From Raillietiella orientalis (Eukaryota): a stretch of 64,000 nucleotides of DNA. Numbering within the stretch: position 1 is the stretch's first letter; the number at the start of each line of letters is the position of its first letter. Positions 61,200 through 64,000 of this stretch are shown here, in pieces. The DNA is taken from NCBI GenBank assembly GCA_036172245.1, contig JAYWIR010000003.1, forward strand, positions 2,666,001-2,730,000, read 5' to 3'. Under the pieces are notes generated by a model. It searched no databases and was not told where the DNA came from. It was given only the letters and a program-made list of their open reading frames with translations. A program made the translations under genes and the position numbers.

Positions 61200-61880
61200 C
61201 ACCTATTATATCATGAATAGGAATCCTATGGCATTGCTCGCGCGAAATGATGGCGTTACTAACGTAGATGGTCGTTCACCACGGTCAGTAAAAACTTTTT
61301 TATTGTGCTTATGCTCAGAACAGTCTTCACGTGGATCATATTACGATTAACATTTCGTTAGGTGATAAAGTGTATCGCAAACCTAGTGAAACTGCGTAGG
61401 TGTCGCTTTTGAATGTTCTTCCTTTGCTGGCGGCAAGTGCTGGGAGCAAGTGCAACGCAGCGTGATGGAATCGCTTCCCAAGTTTGGCGAGCCGTCGAGC
61501 ACAACCTCCCCCGGATACACCCGTGGATGGAAGACTCGAACACCTCGCTACGCGGGTGTGATCGACGCTTGCAACGAGGAATTCGACCACCACGAGAAGA
61601 GGGATCCTGGACGTCGGTTCCGATGATGCGAACCCTCGCCTATGAGCAGTGAGCACATTTCGCACTTTGGGGCGCAAGAAGATCGGGTTCAAACCCGCGA
61701 CGGAACTCCTTCGGACGAGTATCGAGGAAAGGAATTCCAGGACCGGAAGCACCCATTTTCCAGAGGTTTGGGCCCATCGCACATCCGGCTTCTTGCATCG
61801 TTCCGCTGCGCACGCAAACGGCGATTTTTGAAAGCGGCAGCAAAGAGGGTTACGTTTTTCATGCGAGCTAAGATGAGACC
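61200..61880 (+). mobile_element. Degenerate RTE-like LINE 3' region
   Basis: IARAK (~61233), AFE/CWRQVLGAS..V (~61405-61495, cf. AFEMWCWRRILxISW), HFG (~61662), LLRTSIE (~61706). A possible pre-RT remnant lies at 60400-60950. Confidence 0.55.
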
Positions 61881-61959
61881 CAGAATCACCTGCTGAAGTC
61901 AGATTTCGCTTCCGGATATCCCTCTCCTTGAATGTGAAAGGGTTGATCCCAAAAATGCC

Positions 61960-63150
61960 CATGCTGAAGCTGCATTCAGGCGTCATGCCGCTAATAAAGA
62001 ATCGGGCATTTTGATCCAGGAGAATCACTTCGAGGCGTTCCCTGTATTAAACGTGGTGGCACTGCAAATGGAATCCGAACCAGAATTCGAGTCAGCAACC
62101 GATTGAGGAATCGGTTGCTAAACCTTAAGAACTTTTGGCTCGTTTCCCTGCGGCTACTCTGCCTACATAGAAGAACGGACTCCCACATCCACAGACGGCG
62201 TACGAAGTAACACATAAAGACGTACACAAACAAGCGTCCTAAGGGACAGAACCAATGTTCCGAAGTTTACAATCCAATGGAATTGCGTCACTGTCGAACG
62301 CACTTTCCAGGGACTCCAGCATCCAAAATGGCTTCCTGAATATTTGCCTAGATAGGAAGTCCAGATTCGGGAACTCAAAACATCCTGAACTTGGAAAGGT
62401 TGAAGGAACGCCTTCTTCACTTCCCCTCTTGCACTTGAAGAAGAATTGAATCTTTAAGCAAGTAAAGGGAGAGCGAGGAATGCACGTGTGGACTGTTGAG
62501 GAAACGTGGCTCTTCGAAGCCAGAAATATTGGGGGAGTGAATGTGGCGGTCCTTCGAGCCACACAGGCGAACACCACGAAAGCATTGAGGAAACACTCTC
62601 CTCCATCCAGATGCTCAGAGCGGAATCGGTTTCGATCACCGGAGTCCAAGGAATTCGCGCTTCCGGATGGCATGGAGCTTCCGGATTTCAGATAAGGCTT
62701 TCTGTGCATCCGGATGAGGCACACACGAGTTTCGAGCGGCAGGATGCCTTCCAGCACGCGGAAGGTCCTTTTTTTCGAAAGCGGCGGCTCCGCAAGTGGA
62801 ACGCTTTTCAGCGTGCTGCGAGTGAGAGCAGCAGCAACGCACTTCGTCTCAGCCACCAGGAGGCCTCCAAGAGTCATGGAAGGAAAAAAATTCCAAGCAA
62901 ACACTTACGCTGGAGATCTCGTGCGAACGGACAACGCAGCGCTCGGCTTCGTACGAAACCTACACGCGAGCCGAGCGATCGTTGGACCATCTCCATGCTG
63001 CTTCTGCGAAATGCTGGAAGTTCCCGTTGCGGAGAGGGCGGAACGCACGGCAGATTCGCACGCCGATCCGGCACATATTCTTGCACTCAAACGCAACATT
63101 ACTGAATTCGAATCAGAATACGCATCGGCTTATGTATCAAGTTGATGTAT
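61960..63150 (-). mobile_element. Degenerate CR1-group LINE RT
   Basis: Minus strand: FSNVA (~63100), AFRRSSMEMV..L.S, LAEP..EGILP..LI..H.K (62800-62700), STVH, EVKKAF (~62415), W.SYL, FLNRL, SKCPIL (~62005). Confidence 0.65.
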
Positions 63151-63544
63151 GGCGGTGGTGACACAAGAGGATATCACCCGATAAGTGAAAGATGGCTTCT
63201 TTGTGCGCGAAACGATTTCGCATTCGCCGCCCTCAATTGTGACGCACGCATCGCATCCGTCACAATTTGAATATGCGTGAGTGAAAGTCACACACGCATT
63301 CGTGACAGGCATATTTAGAGTATTATTTCTTTTTTTTTTTTTTTTCGGCCGGTTGAAATGAGCCAATTAAGAGCTCGCGCGAAATCTCGCTGTGCCTTCC
63401 GATTCAGAAAATTTTTCTTCTCTCCTTTTTTTTTTTTTTTTTTTCTTTCATTTCATCAACAGACGGCAATCGATTTCACCCCAGGCTTGGCAATTTCATT
63501 GGATGCTGAATGGCGTGAACTCTTTGAGAAGGGAAAAGCTGTTC

Positions 63545-63588
63545 TGTATAATATATATGCATGTATACATATATATATACATATATAA
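63545..63588. repeat. Imperfect (TA)n microsatellite
   Basis: Direct reading. Confidence 0.85.
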
Positions 63589-64000
63589 TCCTCTACGATT
63601 CAGCTGTAGAGTCCTCATTTTCGTAGCCACGGGTTTTTGTTCCCATAGAACAATCCGATATTCCAGTCGTGGAAGAATAAATCACAGCTGAAGTTTTCGT
63701 CTCGGCGGTCACGTGACTAAATCTGGCTTGTTATTCGCTGTCCGGGACCCGAAGGGAGGGCTCACGGACTACTCCGGAGCGTGAGAAACGACCGCACTTG
63801 TATTTAACTTCTTTCAACTGCGAGCTGATCAATAAAACGTAATGTGGGTGGCTAGGACGCCCCAATGCGTATCCCCTCGGCAGTGTGGGGCCGGAGAGCT
63901 TTCGCCACACGGTCCGCTAAGGTAAGAAAAAAAAAAAAATAAAGCACCTCTTCCTCGATCCACAAGCGAAACTACCTGAGCATCTTCCTCTTTCTTCGGA

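Noticed and set aside
1..64000. CRISPR array, operon or prokaryotic defence system
   Set aside because: No regularly spaced repeat-spacer array and no gene-dense organisation. Microsatellites, homopolymers and retroelement relics indicate eukaryotic non-coding DNA.

Overview
Eukaryotic genomic DNA, probably an invertebrate animal (inferred from the transposon mix and lack of obvious CpG depletion). I found no intact host gene, rRNA, functional tRNA or CRISPR array, and no evidence for a new multi-gene system. Manual six-frame reading shows the window is almost wall-to-wall very old transposable-element relics: at least six Ty3/gypsy fragments (two near full length), about fifteen non-LTR LINE fragments (CR1/L2-group, RTE-like, I-like) and six IS630-Tc1-mariner transposase fragments. 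All are broken by stops, frameshifts and homopolymer runs, yet keep domain order and spacing. Family calls come from aligning translations by eye to remembered consensus motifs, not from a database search, so boundaries are approximate (about 100 bp) and clade names are tentative. The signals that decay does not explain are a young 104-bp inverted repeat inside two ancient head-to-head LINE ORF1 relics, a 22-bp and a 14-bp near-perfect hairpin, strong local GC shifts in the relics, and a few motif clusters (TAGAAC repeats, CTCF-like sites).
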